Counted from the stretch's first letter, positions 21,017 through 32,682 are shown. The stretch: 64,000 nt of DNA from an uncultured Acidobacteriota bacterium (GCA_963711505.1 CAVQEJ010000003.1:781564-845563), one strand, 5' to 3'. Notes: generated by a model from the letters alone, not told the origin. Numbers and translations are program-made.

Positions 21017-21532
21017 TCAGCTCGGTGATTCACCCCTGATTCGTTCGATCCACGTCCCACCTGCAAACGGATACTCGTGCACGGCTCTGGCCAGGCCGGC
21101 GCGAACCGGGTTGGCCAGGATGTACAGCACACAGGCCTGCGTCTCCTCGCTCTCCCTCAGCACCCGTTCGTAATATCCGGGTTGCCACAGGTGCCGTGCG
21201 GCGCGCCGCGCATAGAGGTGACCCAGGCGTTGGCGCAAGAGCCGGCAGAACGTTGGAAGATGTGCGTCGTCGGTCCGCCCCTGAACGAGGAGGTGGAGGT
21301 GGTCAGACATGAAGCAGTACGCAATCGGTTCGAAGTCGCAGGCTTCGGAGGTATGCAATAGCTGCGTGGTCAGCGAGGCAATGCCGTCAGGATTCGTGAA
21401 CGCGGTGTGGCGGTCTGCCGTGCAGAACGTCAATGAATATCGCCAGCGACCGCGATAGTCGAAGCCGGGCAACCGGGTTGGACGAGGGGGACGCATGCCG
21501 GAACGGTTGCAGCGCACGTGCCAGCGGTTCAC
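21017..21532 (-). CDS. REP-associated tyrosine transposase (RAYT; IS200/IS605 Y1 transposase-like, TnpA_REP)
   Basis: FDYRGRWRYSLTFCTADRHTAF...YCFMSDHLHLLVQG carries the HUH motif (HLH). ...LWQPGYYERVLRESEETQACVLYILANPVRAGL supplies the catalytic-Tyr region. Flanked on both sides by REP arrays. The start may be the internal ATG at 21496. Confidence 0.85.
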   Translation of the reverse strand: MNRWHVRCNRSGMRPPRPTRLPGFDYRGRWRYSLTFCTADRHTAFTNPDGIASLTTQLLHTSEACDFEPIAYCFMSDHLHLLVQGRTDDAHLPTFCRLLRQRLGHLYARRAARHLWQPGYYERVLRESEETQACVLYILANPVRAGLARAVHEYPFAGGTWIERIRGESPS

Positions 21533-21760
21533 CGGGCTGAAGCCCGGTGCTACGACGAGAGAGAACGGCCCGGCTAAAGCCGGGTGCTACGACGAAAGAG
21601 AGCGACCGGGCTGAAGCCCGGTGCTACGGCGAAAGAGGCAGACTGGGCTGAAGTCCGGTGCTGCGAAGACCGCAATGCGCGCCTGCCGGGATCACGCCCC
21701 GATTCGATGCCGAGGACAACGGCTTTCGTCGCACCGAGCTTCAGCTCGGTGGTGCCTCCG
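21533..21760. repeat. REP-like hairpin repeat array (right array; 4 tandem ~36-38-bp units plus one inverted copy)
   Basis: Units accgggctgaagcccggtgctacgacgagagagaacgg / cccggctaaagccgggtgctacgacgaaagagagcg / accgggctgaagcccggtgctacggcgaaagagg / ctgggctgaagtccggtgctgcgaag. One inverted copy gcaccgagcttcagctcggtg at ~21736-21758. Confidence 0.8.
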
Positions 21761-22107
21761 CCGATGATCCGCAGCGTCGAGCTAGTAGCTCTGCGCTGGC
21801 GCGATCGATCGAAATCGCATTGAGTGCGGCGCGCGAACCGTGATACTTGAAAGAGGATCGCGGTACGCACGACGGCCGGCTCAGCCATGCCCACATCGAT
21901 GCCGGCCATCACGCTCTGAGATGCGGAGTTCCCGGTACGGGGACCCTCGTGCTCCGGAGACGATCCAACGGAACCTCCTGATCGATGCCTGCCGCACGCA
22001 GCGGATCTCATACCTGCCGATCGACGTGTCCCTGTCATGGGGCGCCGGCCGGCGGCTGTTCGAGACGACGGCCGCCGGACCTCTGCGCCCTCCGAGGAGC
22101 CTGAACG

Positions 22108-25100
22108 ATGAAACGCCTTGCCGATCCCTTGAAACTGATTGCCTTCGTGGCGGCCGTGGCGCTCGGGGCGACGCTGGCGCGGCCGGCCGCGCTGGCGGCC
22201 GATGCGCCGGCGCCCGCGACGCCGATGCGCACGCTGAAGTGGCGCAGTGTCGGTCCCTACATCGGAGGCCGCGTCGTCGCCGTCACCGGCGTGGCCAGCG
22301 ACCCGAACCTGTTCTACATGGGCGGCGTCGACGGCGGCGTCTGGAAGAGCACCGATTACGGCCTGCAGTGGAAGAACATCACCGATGGCACGCTGCCCGG
22401 CACGAGCGACAGCATCGGCGCCGTGGCCGTGGCACCGTCCAACCCGGACGTGATCTACGTGGGGACGGGCGAGAGCGACATCCGCGGCACGTTCATCACC
22501 GGTGACGGCGTCTACCGGTCGACCGATGCCGGCAGGACGTGGCAGTACGCCGGGCTCCGCGACACGCACACGATCAGCAATATCGTGATCGATCCGAAGA
22601 ACGCGGACGTGGCCTACGCTTCGTCGATGGGCCACGTGTTCGTCCCCGGCGCGAACCGCGGCGTCTTCAAGACCACCGATGGCGGCAAGACGTGGAGCAA
22701 GATTCTGTTCGTCGACAACCAGACCGGCGTCATCAACCTGGTGATGGATCCGATGGACCCGCAGGTGCTGTACGCGGCCGCGTGGCAGGCGCAGCGGACG
22801 CCGTGGAGCCTGACGAGCGGCGGTCCGGGCAGCGGCCTCTACAAGACGACCGACGGCGGCGCGCACTGGACGAACATCACGGATCATGCCGGCCTGCCGG
22901 CCGGGCCGCTCGGCCGGATGGGCGTCTCGGTGGTGGCGACCCACCCGAACATCCTCTACGCCATCATCCAGGCGAAGCAGGGCGGCGTCTTCCGCTCGAC
23001 CGACGCCGGCGCCACCTGGACGCGCGTGAACCAGGAATGGAAGCTCCGTCAGCGCGCCTTCTACTACATGAGCATCTTCGCCGACCCGAACGACCCGAAC
23101 ACGGCCTACGTGCCGGAGGTCGACGCGCTGTGGGTGACGCGCGACGGCGGCAAGACGTGGTCGGAACTGCATACCCCGCACGGCGACAACCACATCGTCT
23201 GGGTCAACCCGAACGACACGAAGATCCTGCTCGAGGGGAACGACGGCGGCGCGACCATCTCGACCGATGGCGGGACGAGCTGGAGCACGGAGCACAACCA
23301 GCCGACCGGGCAGTTCTACCACGTGAACCTCGACAACGAGTTCCCGTACCACATCTTCGGCGCGCAGCAGGACGAGGGCTCCTTCGAGGGGCCGAGCGCC
23401 ACCGCCGACGGCAACATTCCGCTCGGGGCCTGGCAGCGCGTGGCCTACGGCGAGAGCACGTTCGCGGTGCCGGAACCCGGCAATCCCGAGGTCAACTACG
23501 GCAGCGGGTACTTCAGCATCTTCATGCGCTACGACCGCAGGACCGGGCAGTTCCAGGACGTCAGCCCGTGGCCGAACTACCAGGAGGGCAGCGCTTCCGA
23601 GGCACTGAAGTACCGGTTCGCCTGGACGCACCCGATCCTGTTCTCGCCCGCGAACCCGAAGGAGCTGCTGATCGGATCGCAGATCCTGTTCAAGAGCACC
23701 GACGGCGGACGGACGTGGCAGAAGATCAGCCCGGACCTCACGCGCAACGACCCGGCCACGGAGAAGCCGACCGGAGGCCCGATCGATCTGGATCAGTCGG
23801 GCGCCGAGATCTATCCATGCCTGTCGGCGGTGGCGGTGTCGCCGCTGGACAACAATCTGATCTGGGCCGGCTCCTCCGATGGCCTCATCCACGTGACGAC
23901 CGACGGCGGGCAGCACTGGCAGGCGGTCCGGCCGGAGGGACTCCCCGAACGGGCCGACATCAGCTCGATCGAGCCGTCGCACGTCGCGAAGGGGACCGCC
24001 TTCCTCACGGTGCAGCGGTACATGTGGGACGACTTCACGCCCTACGTGTTCAAGACCACCGACTACGGCAAGCACTGGACGGCGATGACCCACGGCCTGC
24101 CGGCCGACGAGTACGTCTTCACCGTGCGGCAGGATCCGAGCGACGCGAAGCTCCTCTTCCTGGGGACGAAGCACACGGTGTACGTCAGCCTCGACGGCGG
24201 TGAGCGCTGGCAGCCGCTCGGCCTGAACCTGCCGCACGTGCAGGTGCGCGACATCGCCATCAACCGGCGCCAGCAGCAGGTGGTGATCGCGACGCACGGC
24301 CGCTCGTTCTGGGTGCTCGACAACCTCGCCCTGCTCGAACAGCTCACGAAGGCGCCCGGCGCGACGATGACCGGTGCGCACCTGTGGGCCCCGCAGACCG
24401 CGTGGCTGAGTCATGCGTACGGCGGCAGCGCCTACGGCGGGGCCGACGCGGGTCAGAACCCGCCGTTCGGCGCGACGGTCTTCTTCAACGTGCCCTCGAG
24501 CTACGACGGCAGCACGCCGGCGAGCCTGTCGTTCCTCGACGCGAAGGGGCACGTGGTCCGGCGCTTCGCCCTGCATCCGAAGAAGGGGAGACGGTCAGGG
24601 CCAGGCGCACCAGGGCTCGGAGAACCCGGCCGACCAGGCGAAGCAGGCCGCCGAGCGGCTCACGGCGATCGCGCCCGGCATGAACCGCTTCCAGTGGGAC
24701 CTGCGCTATCCGGAGGCCACCGAGGTGAACGGCTTCTACCCGCCGGCGGCTGCCGGCGGCATGCCCGACGTCGTGGACGGGCCGGTCGTCGTGCCGGGCA
24801 CCTATCGGGTGGAGCTCGAGTACGGCGGGCGGACGATGACGCAGTCCTTCAAGGTGATGCTCGATCCGCGGCTGAAGGCGACCCCGACGGCGCTCGAGGC
24901 CCGGCTCGCGCTGGGACTGAAGATCCACAAGGCGCTCGACTCGCTCGACACGACGATCAACGAGGCGATCGCCGAGCGCGACCGTCTGCAGGCAAACGCC
25001 CAGGCCGGCCAGGCGCTGTCGGACCTCAATGCCGCGATCAACGGTCTGGTGCAGATGGACATCCACGCGAGCGAGGGAAGCCTGCTGCACGAGACGAAGC

Positions 25101-25258
25101 TGCGCAGCCACCTCGCCTATCTCGCGGGCGATATCGACCTGGCGTACACGGCGCCGACGGCCGCCCAGCAGGCGGTCTTCACCGAGCTGAGCCAGGAGGC
25201 GACGGCGGGCGAGCAGAAGCTGCGCGCCGCCATCGCGGAGGCGAAGCCGATTCACTGA
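22108..25258 (+). CDS. Large secreted BNR/Asp-box repeat beta-propeller protein (sortilin/VPS10-like, GH74-like architecture); +1 frameshift near 24588
   Basis: Signal peptide, then about ten Asp-boxes (STDAGRTW, TTDGGKTW, TTDGGAHW, STDAGATW, TRDGGKTW, STDGGTSW, STDGGRTW, TTDGGQHW, TTDYGKHW, SLDGGERW). The C-terminal ~220 aa continue in the frame of ORF 24413..25258. Confidence 0.8.
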
Positions 25259-25344
25259 GGCCGATCGATCGGGAACCGGTCACCGAGACAGAGGGGGGCG
25301 GCGCGGGCCGCCCCCTTTTTCTTGTCGGAGGGGCCGTGGCGCCG

Positions 25345-26460
25345 TCAGGCGCCGGTCTTCTCGAACAGGTAGTGGGAGACGATCCACTCGTCGCCGTCGC
25401 GGTAGCCGAACAGCTCGGCGCAGGCGAGGAAGAAGAGCCGCCACCGGACCCACCACCGGCGCGCGTCCGGTGCGCCGTAGGTCCGCGCGAAGAGCGGCAG
25501 CAGCCGGTCCCGCGCGGCGTCCATGTTCGCGAGCCAGGCGTTCGCGGTTCTCTCGTAGTGGGTGCCGGTGAGTGTCCAGTGTCCGGTGGACGCGAGATCG
25601 CGGTCGAAGTACCCGAGGAGGTCGTCGCTCGGCATCAGGCCGCCGGTGAAGAACCAGCGCGCCATCCAGTCGCTGGCATCGCGGACCTCGAACGGATAGG
25701 CGAGCCGGCGGTGCGCGAAGACGTGGACGAACAGCCGGCCGTCGCGCTCGAGCCAGCCGGCGATGCGGGCCAGCAGCCGCTCGTAATTGCGCATGTGCTC
25801 GAACATCTCCACCGACACCACGCGGTCGAAGCGTCGATCGGTGGTGAAGTCGTTCATGTCGGCCGTCACGATCTCGAGGTTCGTCAGGCCGCGCGCCGCC
25901 GCGCGGGCCTCGATGAGGGCGCGCTGCGAGCGCGAGTTGGAGATGCTCACGAACCGGCTGGCGGGGAAGCGGGCGGCCATGTACAGCGAGAGCGATCCCC
26001 AGCCGCACCCGAGCTCGAGCACCCGCTGCCCGTCGGCCAGCCCGGCGCGCCGGCAGGTCAGATCGAGCATGGCCTCCTCGGCTTCGTCGAGTGTCGTGAC
26101 GCCCTCCGGCCAGTACGCGGCGCTGTACTTGAGGTGACGCCCGAGCACCGCCTCGAAGAAGGCCGCCGGCACCTCGTAGTGCTGGGCGTTCGCGGCGTCG
26201 GGATGGAGCGCGATGGGACTCCGCCGGAGCTCCTCGACGAAGGCCAGCTTTCGCGCGAGGCTGGCGGCGGCGCCGCCCCGCCCCTCCTCCCGGAGACGCT
26301 GGCGGAGCAGCCGGCGGATGCCGGCCCGCAGCAGGTGATCGGGCACGAGATCGCGCTCGACGATCGGTTCGTACCAGGCCCGTCGTTCCCCGGCGCCGGT
26401 CACGGCCGCGACCGACGCCCGATCGGCGGTGGCGATGTCGTTCACGACGGCCTCCCTCAC
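25345..26460 (-). CDS. cfa: Cyclopropane-fatty-acyl-phospholipid synthase family SAM-dependent methyltransferase
   Basis: [24 protein letters not shown]...[16 protein letters not shown]...[12 protein letters not shown] start at 26460 forms a GTGA overlap with the upstream DUF1295 stop. The longer track ORF (to 27192) is read-through. Confidence 0.85.
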   Translation of the reverse strand: MREAVVNDIATADRASVAAVTGAGERRAWYEPIVERDLVPDHLLRAGIRRLLRQRLREEGRGGAAASLARKLAFVEELRRSPIALHPDAANAQHYEVPAAFFEAVLGRHLKYSAAYWPEGVTTLDEAEEAMLDLTCRRAGLADGQRVLELGCGWGSLSLYMAARFPASRFVSISNSRSQRALIEARAAARGLTNLEIVTADMNDFTTDRRFDRVVSVEMFEHMRNYERLLARIAGWLERDGRLFVHVFAHRRLAYPFEVRDASDWMARWFFTGGLMPSDDLLGYFDRDLASTGHWTLTGTHYERTANAWLANMDAARDRLLPLFARTYGAPDARRWWVRWRLFFLACAELFGYRDGDEWIVSHYLFEKTGA

Positions 26461-27272
26461 GCGCGCCCTTCCGGCCGGCGCGGAAACCAGGGCACGAACG
26501 CACTCGTCGTCCGCTGGTAGTTGCGGTACTCGTCGCCGCGGCTTCGCAGCGCCTGGGCTTCGGTGGCCGGAATGCCGGTGACGCGCAGCAGGAAGTACAG
26601 CATGAGCGCCGGCGACAGCAGGCCGACGAGGCCGTGCGGCGAGCCGAGCGCGAACAGCGCGAAGCCCACCCAGACCGTCCATTCGAAGAAGTAGTTCGGG
26701 TGGCGCGACCAGCGCCAGAGCCCGACGCGGCAGGTCCGTCCCCGGTTGGCGGGGTCCGCCTTGAAGCGGTGCAGTTGGGTGTCGGCCGCGATCTCCCCGC
26801 TCATGCCGAGAGCCCAGACGAGCAGCCCCGCGCACTCGATCGCGTGCAGTCCCGGCGCGGCATTCAGGGCCGGCAGCAGGAACGGCGTGCTCAGGGCCAC
26901 GCAGAGCACGGCCTGGCATTCGAAGAAGAGAAGGAACTTCAGTGGTACGTGGGTGCGCCACGCGCGCCGCAGCTCCACGTAGCGACCCTCCTCGGGCTGC
27001 CCGATGACCCGCGTCACCAGCAGGTATCCCGACAGGCGAAGTCCCCAGACCCCGGCCATGACGGCGACGACGAGCGAGCGCAACGGATCGCCGTGGCCGC
27101 CCGCGGCGTAGACCCAGGCCAGGAGCACCAGTCCTCCGGCCCAGCCTGCATCGACGATGGCGGCGTTCCCGGTGCGGAGGTGGACGAGCCACAGCACGAA
27201 CATGAGCGCCGCGACCGCTCCGGTGCCGACAGCGATCAGAACCATCGCGTCGTGGATCATGTGCGGCCTCAC
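26457..27272 (-). CDS. DUF1295 family membrane protein (steroid 5-alpha-reductase / ICMT-like fold)
   Basis: Intact polytopic protein. [23 protein letters not shown] and [18 protein letters not shown] are DUF1295 hallmarks. Its start overlaps the regulator stop, indicating an operon. Confidence 0.8.
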   Translation of the reverse strand: MRPHMIHDAMVLIAVGTGAVAALMFVLWLVHLRTGNAAIVDAGWAGGLVLLAWVYAAGGHGDPLRSLVVAVMAGVWGLRLSGYLLVTRVIGQPEEGRYVELRRAWRTHVPLKFLLFFECQAVLCVALSTPFLLPALNAAPGLHAIECAGLLVWALGMSGEIAADTQLHRFKADPANRGRTCRVGLWRWSRHPNYFFEWTVWVGFALFALGSPHGLVGLLSPALMLYFLLRVTGIPATEAQALRSRGDEYRNYQRTTSAFVPWFPRRPEGRA

Positions 27273-28192
27273 GCGCGGTTCTCGAACCTCAGGAATTCCG
27301 CCTCGAGTGCCTCAATGGTCTCGATCGGCACCGCCCGGGAGCCGGGGAAGCCTGCGACCGTCCGGGCGGCCTGCGGTCCCCCTATCCAGAGCGTCACCCC
27401 GGCCGGCAGCTGACCAGCCAGCCGGGCGGCGTCCGCGATGGAGTCCGCGTTGTCGCTGGTCCGCGTCATCCCCAGCAGCACGGCGTCGGGACGGATCCGT
27501 TTCACCACGTGGAGGACTTCCGCGGCCGGCAGGTCGGCCCCCAGATAGGTGATGTCGATGCCGCGGCCGGTCGCCAGCAGCGCGGCCGCGAGGATCCCGA
27601 ATTCGTGTCGCTCACCGGCTGGCGTCGCCAGCAGGAGCCGGAAGGTGTGAGAACGGACCGGCACCAGCCGGAGCAGCGTGCCCAGCAGGCTGCGCATCAC
27701 CGCCGACAGCATGTGCTCGTGCGCGACATGGAGGCGGCCGTCGTGCCACGCATCTCCCACGTGGCGGAGCAGCGGCAGCACCACTTCGTGCACCAGGGTC
27801 GGCGCCGGCAGCAGGGCCGCCAGGCGCGACAGTTCCGATTCGACCTCCGAGAACTCGAACCGCTCAACCGCCTGCAGGAGTGCTTCGCGCACCGCCGGTG
27901 CGAGCGCCTCCGCCGTCGCCGGTTCGAGCGGAGCTGCGCCCTTCCGCTTCCGTCCCAGCAGTGCCTCGAGATCGGCATCCGCGCGGTCGGCGACCTGGCC
28001 GATGGCGAAGCCGGAGTCGACGGCTTCACGCAGCAGCCGAAGGCGGGTGACGTGCGCTTCGGTGTACAGGCGGCCGCGCGGGCCCCGCTCCGGTTCCACC
28101 GCGCCATAGCGGCGTTCCCAGGCTCGAAGGGTGTCGACCGACAGGCCCGCCAGTCGGGCGGCGGCGCGAATGGGGTAGCGGTTCGCTTCCAT
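27269..28192 (-). CDS. MerR-family regulator with C-terminal cobalamin-binding domain (CarH/LitR-type light-responsive repressor)
   Basis: N-terminal MerR HTH ([25 protein letters not shown]). W-x9-EH motif ([15 protein letters not shown]). B12 motif ExHxxG (GERHEFG) followed by ...WIGG. Intact. Confidence 0.8.
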   Translation of the reverse strand: MEANRYPIRAAARLAGLSVDTLRAWERRYGAVEPERGPRGRLYTEAHVTRLRLLREAVDSGFAIGQVADRADADLEALLGRKRKGAAPLEPATAEALAPAVREALLQAVERFEFSEVESELSRLAALLPAPTLVHEVVLPLLRHVGDAWHDGRLHVAHEHMLSAVMRSLLGTLLRLVPVRSHTFRLLLATPAGERHEFGILAAALLATGRGIDITYLGADLPAAEVLHVVKRIRPDAVLLGMTRTSDNADSIADAARLAGQLPAGVTLWIGGPQAARTVAGFPGSRAVPIETIEALEAEFLRFENRA

Positions 28193-28235
28193 CTTCTTTC
28201 CACAGAGTAGTGCGTTGAGCCGAGTATGTCAATCA

Positions 28236-28283
28236 TTTGTCTATGACAAAGGCTTGACGTAGTGCCAGCCGGGATGCTACAAG
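28236..28283 (+). promoter_or_regulatory. Divergent control region: perfect inverted repeat TTTGTC-TAT-GACAAA (28236-28250) abutting a TTGACG-N18-TACAAG promoter-like element (28254-28283)
   Basis: Read directly from the 131-bp gap between the CarH-like gene (start 28192, minus strand) and the desaturase gene (start 28324, plus strand). Locally AT-rich. Confidence 0.4.
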
Positions 28284-28323
28284 CAGAAGAAGGCTCCAGC
28301 TATCGCAGAACCGAGGGGAAGAC

Positions 28324-29164
28324 ATGGGCTCCGCCGCGCAGGTTGTTGTTCGTCGTCCGTGGCGTTACCAGTTGGGGGCGATTCTGCCGTTCGTCCTGAT
28401 CCATCTGGGGGCGCTGGCCGTCTTTTCGTGCCGTTCCGCTGGTCACTGGTCGGCTGGTTCGCCGCGAGCTATGCCGTGCGGGTGTTCGGCGTCACGGCTG
28501 GGCATCACCGGTATTTCAGTCACCGCTCGTACAGGCTGGGGCGCATCAGCCAGTTCGTGATGGCGTGTCTCGCCCAGACGGCGGCGCAGAAGGGGGTCCT
28601 GTGGTGGGCGGCGCATCACCGGGCGCACCACCGTCACGCGGATGCCCCGGGGGACATCCACTCACCGTGGCTGAAGACGCTCTGGTGGGCGCACGTCGGC
28701 TGGGTGCTGTCGAACGACACGACACGTACGACCCGCGACGGGTCGCCGACTTCGCGCGGTTTCCGGAGCTGCGCTGGCTCGATCGCCATCACTGGGTGCC
28801 GGCGGCGGTCTACGGGTCGGCCATCTGGCTGATTGGGGGCTGGGGCGCCTTCGTGTGGGGCTTCCTGCTCGCCACGGTAGCGGTCTATCACGCGACGTTC
28901 GCCGTGAACTCGGTCGCCCACGTGTTCGGCTGGCGCCGGTTCGAGACGCCCGACCAGAGCCGCAACAGTCTGCTGCTCGCGCTGGTGACCTTCGGCGAAG
29001 GGTGGCACAACAACCATCACTATTCGATGACGAGCTGCCGCCAGGGTCTCCGGTGGTGGGAGATCGACCTGACGTACTACGTGCTGCGGCTGCTGAACCT
29101 CGTGGGTATCGCGCGCGACCTGAAGGGGTTTCGCCGGCCGCAGGCGGGAAAGCGCGCGGCATGA
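28324..29164 (+). CDS. Membrane acyl-CoA/acyl-lipid desaturase (stearoyl-CoA delta-9 desaturase family); 2 frameshifts (~28425 in a T run, ~28720)
   Basis: The three His boxes are spread over three frames: HHRYFSH, HHRAHHRH, and GWHNNHHY. The sense chains through ORFs 28324.. -> 28359.. -> 28565..29164. Confidence 0.8.
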
Positions 29165-30411
29165 TGCGCGTGGCCGTCATCGGCGGCGGCATCTCCGGGC
29201 TCGCGGCGGCCTACTACCTGAGCCGGAAGCACCGCGTGTTCGTGCTCGAGGCGGAGTCGCGCCTCGGCGGTCACACGCACACGGTCCCGGTCGAGACCAG
29301 CCGGGGGCCGATGCCGATCGACACCGGCTTCATCGTCCACAACGAGCGGACGTACCCGCGTCTGGTCCAGCTGCTCCGGGAGCTGGGCGTGGCGACGCAG
29401 GCGTCGGACATGTCGTTCGCGGTGACCTGTCCCTCGACCGGCTTCGAGTACCTCGAGCCGGGGGCTCCGCGGATTCTTCGCGCAGCGGCGCAACCTGGTG
29501 CGCGGGCGGTCGTGGGAGCTGCTGCGCGAAATCGTCCGGTTCAACCGGACGGCGCCTTCGGTGCTGGCGCGCGAGGACGCCGACCGCCTGACGCTGGGCG
29601 ACTTCCTCGAGGCGCACCGGTTCGGCGGGGTCTTTCTCGACTACTACCTGCTGCCGATGGCGTCGGCGATCTGGTCGGCGACCTTCCCGGCGATCCGCGC
29701 GTTTCCCGCCCAGACGCTCGTGCGGTTCTTCGCCAATCACGGGATGCTCGGTCTGAACACCCATCCGCAGTGGCGAACGATCACCGGCGGCAGCGCGACG
29801 TACCTCGGGCCGCTGACGGCGCCCTTCCAGGAGCGGATCGTCACCGGGGCGCGTATCGAGACGGTGGCACGGGATGAAGCCGGGGTGACCGTGCGCTTCG
29901 TCGATCGGCCGGCGATGGCTTCGACCAGGTGGTGTTCGCCTGCAACGGCGATCGTGTGCTGAGGCTCCTCGAGGCACCGACCGACACCGAGCGCGAGGTG
30001 CTCGGCGCCTTCCGCACCAGCCGGAACGACGTCTGCCTGCACACCGACAGCCGCCTGCTGCCGCGGCGGCCCGCGGCGCGGGCCGCGTGGAACTACAACC
30101 TGGATCCATCGAACGGCCACGCAGCGACGGTCACCTACCACATGAACCGTCTGCAGGCACTGCGGCTGCCGGAGGACTACTGCGTGACGTTGAACGGAAC
30201 CGAGCGCGTCGATCCGGCGCGCGTGATCCGGTGCATGACCTACCACCACCCGCTGTTCGACCACGCGGCCATCCGGGCGCAGGGGCGCTGGGGTGACATC
30301 AGCGGCCGGCATCGGACGCACTTCGCCGGGGCGCACTGGTTCTACGGCTTCCACGAGGACGGACTGAACTCGGCGCGCCGCGTGGCGCGGGCGCTCGGGG
30401 TGCGGCTGTGA
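29161..30411 (+). CDS. FAD/NAD(P)-binding amine-oxidase / phytoene-desaturase-like oxidoreductase; 2 frameshifts (~29450, ~29915)
   Basis: ATGA overlap with the desaturase stop. Rossmann motif MRVAVIGGGISGLAAAYYL. Continues FFAQRRNLV...HPQWRTITGGSATY...VVFACNGD...GAHWFYGFHEDGLNSA across three frames. Confidence 0.8.
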
Positions 30412-31208
30412 CGATGGCCAGCGGCGTCTACCGGGGCACGCTGCGCCATCGCCGCTTCGAGCCGCGGGCGCATGCCTTCACGTACGAGCTCTTCATGGTG
30501 CTGCTCGACATCGATCGGATTCCCGACCTGATGCGCGTGTCGCCGCTCGCCGGCTGCAACCGGTTCGCCTGGGCGAGCTTCGACGACCGCGATCATCTCG
30601 GCGACCCGACGCAACCGCTCCGGGAGCGCCTGCGGGGCGACGCCGCCGCGCACGGCATCGTCCTGCCCGATGGCCCCATCTACCTGCTGACGCACCTGCG
30701 GTACCTCGGTTATGCGTTCAACCCCGTGTCGTTCTTCTATTGCGGAGACGGGCAGGGACACGTCGCGGCGATTCTGGCCGAGGTGAGCAATACCTTCGGC
30801 GACCGGCGTCACTACTGGCTGTGGGACGGGAACCGGCAGCCGTCCGGCGGCGGCCTGCGCTTCCGGGTGCCGAAGACGCTCCACGTGTCGCCGTTCATGG
30901 CGATGGGGCTCGATTACACCTTTGCCTTCACGCCGCCGGGCGATCGACTCGTCGCCCACATGAACACGCTGGACGGAGGACGGCCCTTCTTCGACGCGAC
31001 GCTGCGGCTGACGCGGGAGCCGTGGAGTGGCCGCGCCCTTCATCGGGCGCTCGCGCGCCACCCGTGGATGACGGCCAAGGTGATCGGGGCGATCCACTGG
31101 GAGGCCCTCAGGCTCTATCTGAAGAAGGTTCCGGTACATCACCGGCCGGCGCCGCCGCCGCCGGACCCGTCGGCATCCCGGCTGAAGGGAGACTCCGCAC
31201 ATGCGTGA
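30408..31208 (+). CDS. DUF1365 family protein (intact)
   Basis: YRGTLRHRRFEPRAHAFTYELFMVLLDIDRI...YLGYAFNPVSFFYC is typical of DUF1365. Overlaps both neighbouring genes, indicating an operon. Confidence 0.85.
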   Translation: MTMASGVYRGTLRHRRFEPRAHAFTYELFMVLLDIDRIPDLMRVSPLAGCNRFAWASFDDRDHLGDPTQPLRERLRGDAAAHGIVLPDGPIYLLTHLRYLGYAFNPVSFFYCGDGQGHVAAILAEVSNTFGDRRHYWLWDGNRQPSGGGLRFRVPKTLHVSPFMAMGLDYTFAFTPPGDRLVAHMNTLDGGRPFFDATLRLTREPWSGRALHRALARHPWMTAKVIGAIHWEALRLYLKKVPVHHRPAPPPPDPSASRLKGDSAHA

Positions 31209-32664
31209 CTGGACCACCCGTGCCGCGAAGCGGTATTTCCTGCAGGCGCTCGACGGATTGTCGGACGGCGGCCTCGAACTGGTCGGGCCCGACGGGATCC
31301 GGGCGTTCGGCGACCGGGATGCGCCGTTGCGCGCCGTGATCGAGGTGCACGACGAGCGGTTCTACCGGCGTGCGCTGATCGGTGGCGACACCGGCATGGG
31401 GGAATCGTGGATGGACGGGGACTGGAGCTCGCCGGATCTCATCTCGGCCGTGCGGCTGGCGCTGCGGAATGCCGCCCGGCTGGAGGCCGGTCACCGCTGG
31501 ACGTCGGCCGCCCGGCGCCTGCTGGACCTGGCGGCCCAGCGGCAGCGAGCCAATACGCCGGCCGGCAGCCGGAGGAACATCCACGCGCACTACGATCTGG
31601 GCAACGACTTCTTCTCGCTGTTCCTCGATCGTCGACTCGTCTACTCGTGCGCCTACTATGCGCATGCGGATGAGTCGCTCGAGGAGGCGCAACTCGGCAA
31701 GCTCGATCGCATCTGCCGGAAGCTCGACCTGCGGGCCGGCCAGCGCGTGCTGGAGATCGGCACCGGCTGGGGGGCGTTCGCGATCCACGCGGCCCGCGAG
31801 TACGGGTGCCACGTGACCACGACCACCATCAGCCGCGAGCAGTTCGACTACGTCAGGGCGCGGCTGGGCGAGATGCCGGACGTGGCCCGACGGGTCACGC
31901 TGCTGAACGCGGACTACCGCACCCTGCAGGGCGCGTTCGATCGACTCGTCAGCATCGAGATGTTCGAGGCCGTCGGCTTCGCCAACTACGATCGGTTCTT
32001 CGGCCTCTGCGATCGACTGCTGGGCTCCGAGGGGGCGATGCTGCTGCAGACGATCACGATGACCGACCAGCGCTTCCCGATCTACCGGCGCTCGGCCGAC
32101 TGGACGCAGAAGTACATCTTCCCCGGAGGCCAGCTCGCGTCGATGTCCGGCGTGCTGGCGTCGCTGCAGCGGGTGACGGGACTGAGGCTCCACCATGCCG
32201 AGGACATCGGCGCCCACTACGCGCGGACGCTGGAGATCTGGCGCGACCGGTTCCTGGGCGCCCTGCCGGCCGTGCGCGCCCGCGGGTTCGACGAGCGCTT
32301 CATCCGGATGTGGGACTTCTACCTGGCGTCCTGCGCGGCCGCGTTCCGGGAACGCTACATCGGCGACGTCCAGCTGCTGCTGGTGCGCAACGGGTGCCGC
32401 CGGCCATTGATGAACGAGCCGTGGCCGGGGGAGGGTGACGGAGTCGGACGGGACGCGGCGGAGGTCGCGCCCCGGGACGAACGCGACCGCATTCGGCGGC
32501 CGTCAGCTGACGCTCGACACGCGCAGGCGGCCGCCGGGCGGGCCGTGGATTTTTCGACGGGTCGCGCGCAACCGTCCTTTCCAGGGTTCGTGCCCGCCGT
32601 CTTTCAGACGAAATTCCGTCTGTTCAGAGGGTTTCGTGGCTGGAACTCCTTTTGCAACGTTTGA
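31201..32664 (+). CDS. Cyclopropane-fatty-acyl-phospholipid synthase-like SAM methyltransferase (second copy; C-terminal ~75 aa extension doubtful)
   Basis: IHAHYDLGNDFFSLFLD...VLEIGTGWGAFAIHAA...VSIEMFEAVG...IFPGGQLAS...WDFYLASCAAAF. The methyltransferase domain ends near 32420. The tail to 32664 is low-complexity and may be read-through. Confidence 0.8.
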   Translation: MRDWTTRAAKRYFLQALDGLSDGGLELVGPDGIRAFGDRDAPLRAVIEVHDERFYRRALIGGDTGMGESWMDGDWSSPDLISAVRLALRNAARLEAGHRWTSAARRLLDLAAQRQRANTPAGSRRNIHAHYDLGNDFFSLFLDRRLVYSCAYYAHADESLEEAQLGKLDRICRKLDLRAGQRVLEIGTGWGAFAIHAAREYGCHVTTTTISREQFDYVRARLGEMPDVARRVTLLNADYRTLQGAFDRLVSIEMFEAVGFANYDRFFGLCDRLLGSEGAMLLQTITMTDQRFPIYRRSADWTQKYIFPGGQLASMSGVLASLQRVTGLRLHHAEDIGAHYARTLEIWRDRFLGALPAVRARGFDERFIRMWDFYLASCAAAFRERYIGDVQLLLVRNGCRRPLMNEPWPGEGDGVGRDAAEVAPRDERDRIRRPSADARHAQAAAGRAVDFSTGRAQPSFPGFVPAVFQTKFRLFRGFRGWNSFCNV

Positions 32665-32682
32665 CGTACGAGGAGGTTCGTC

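Noticed and set aside
21533-21690. Regularly spaced ~36-38-bp repeats that could be mistaken for a CRISPR array
   Set aside because: The units are contiguous with no unique spacers between them. Each contains a short GC hairpin typical of REPs. Inverted copies occur on the other side of a RAYT gene, and no cas genes are present.
21574-24576. 1000-aa minus-strand ORF
   Set aside because: It is antisense to the Asp-box propeller gene, which has ten clear SxDxGxTW repeats. The minus-strand translation is Arg/Val/Gly-rich with no motifs. High-GC artefact.
26461-27192. N-terminal 244-codon extension of the Cfa ORF (track ORF 25345-27192)
   Set aside because: The extension overlaps the well-supported DUF1295 gene in another frame and is Arg/Ala-rich. 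The methyltransferase homology starts just after GTG 26460, which forms a GTGA overlap with the DUF1295 stop.
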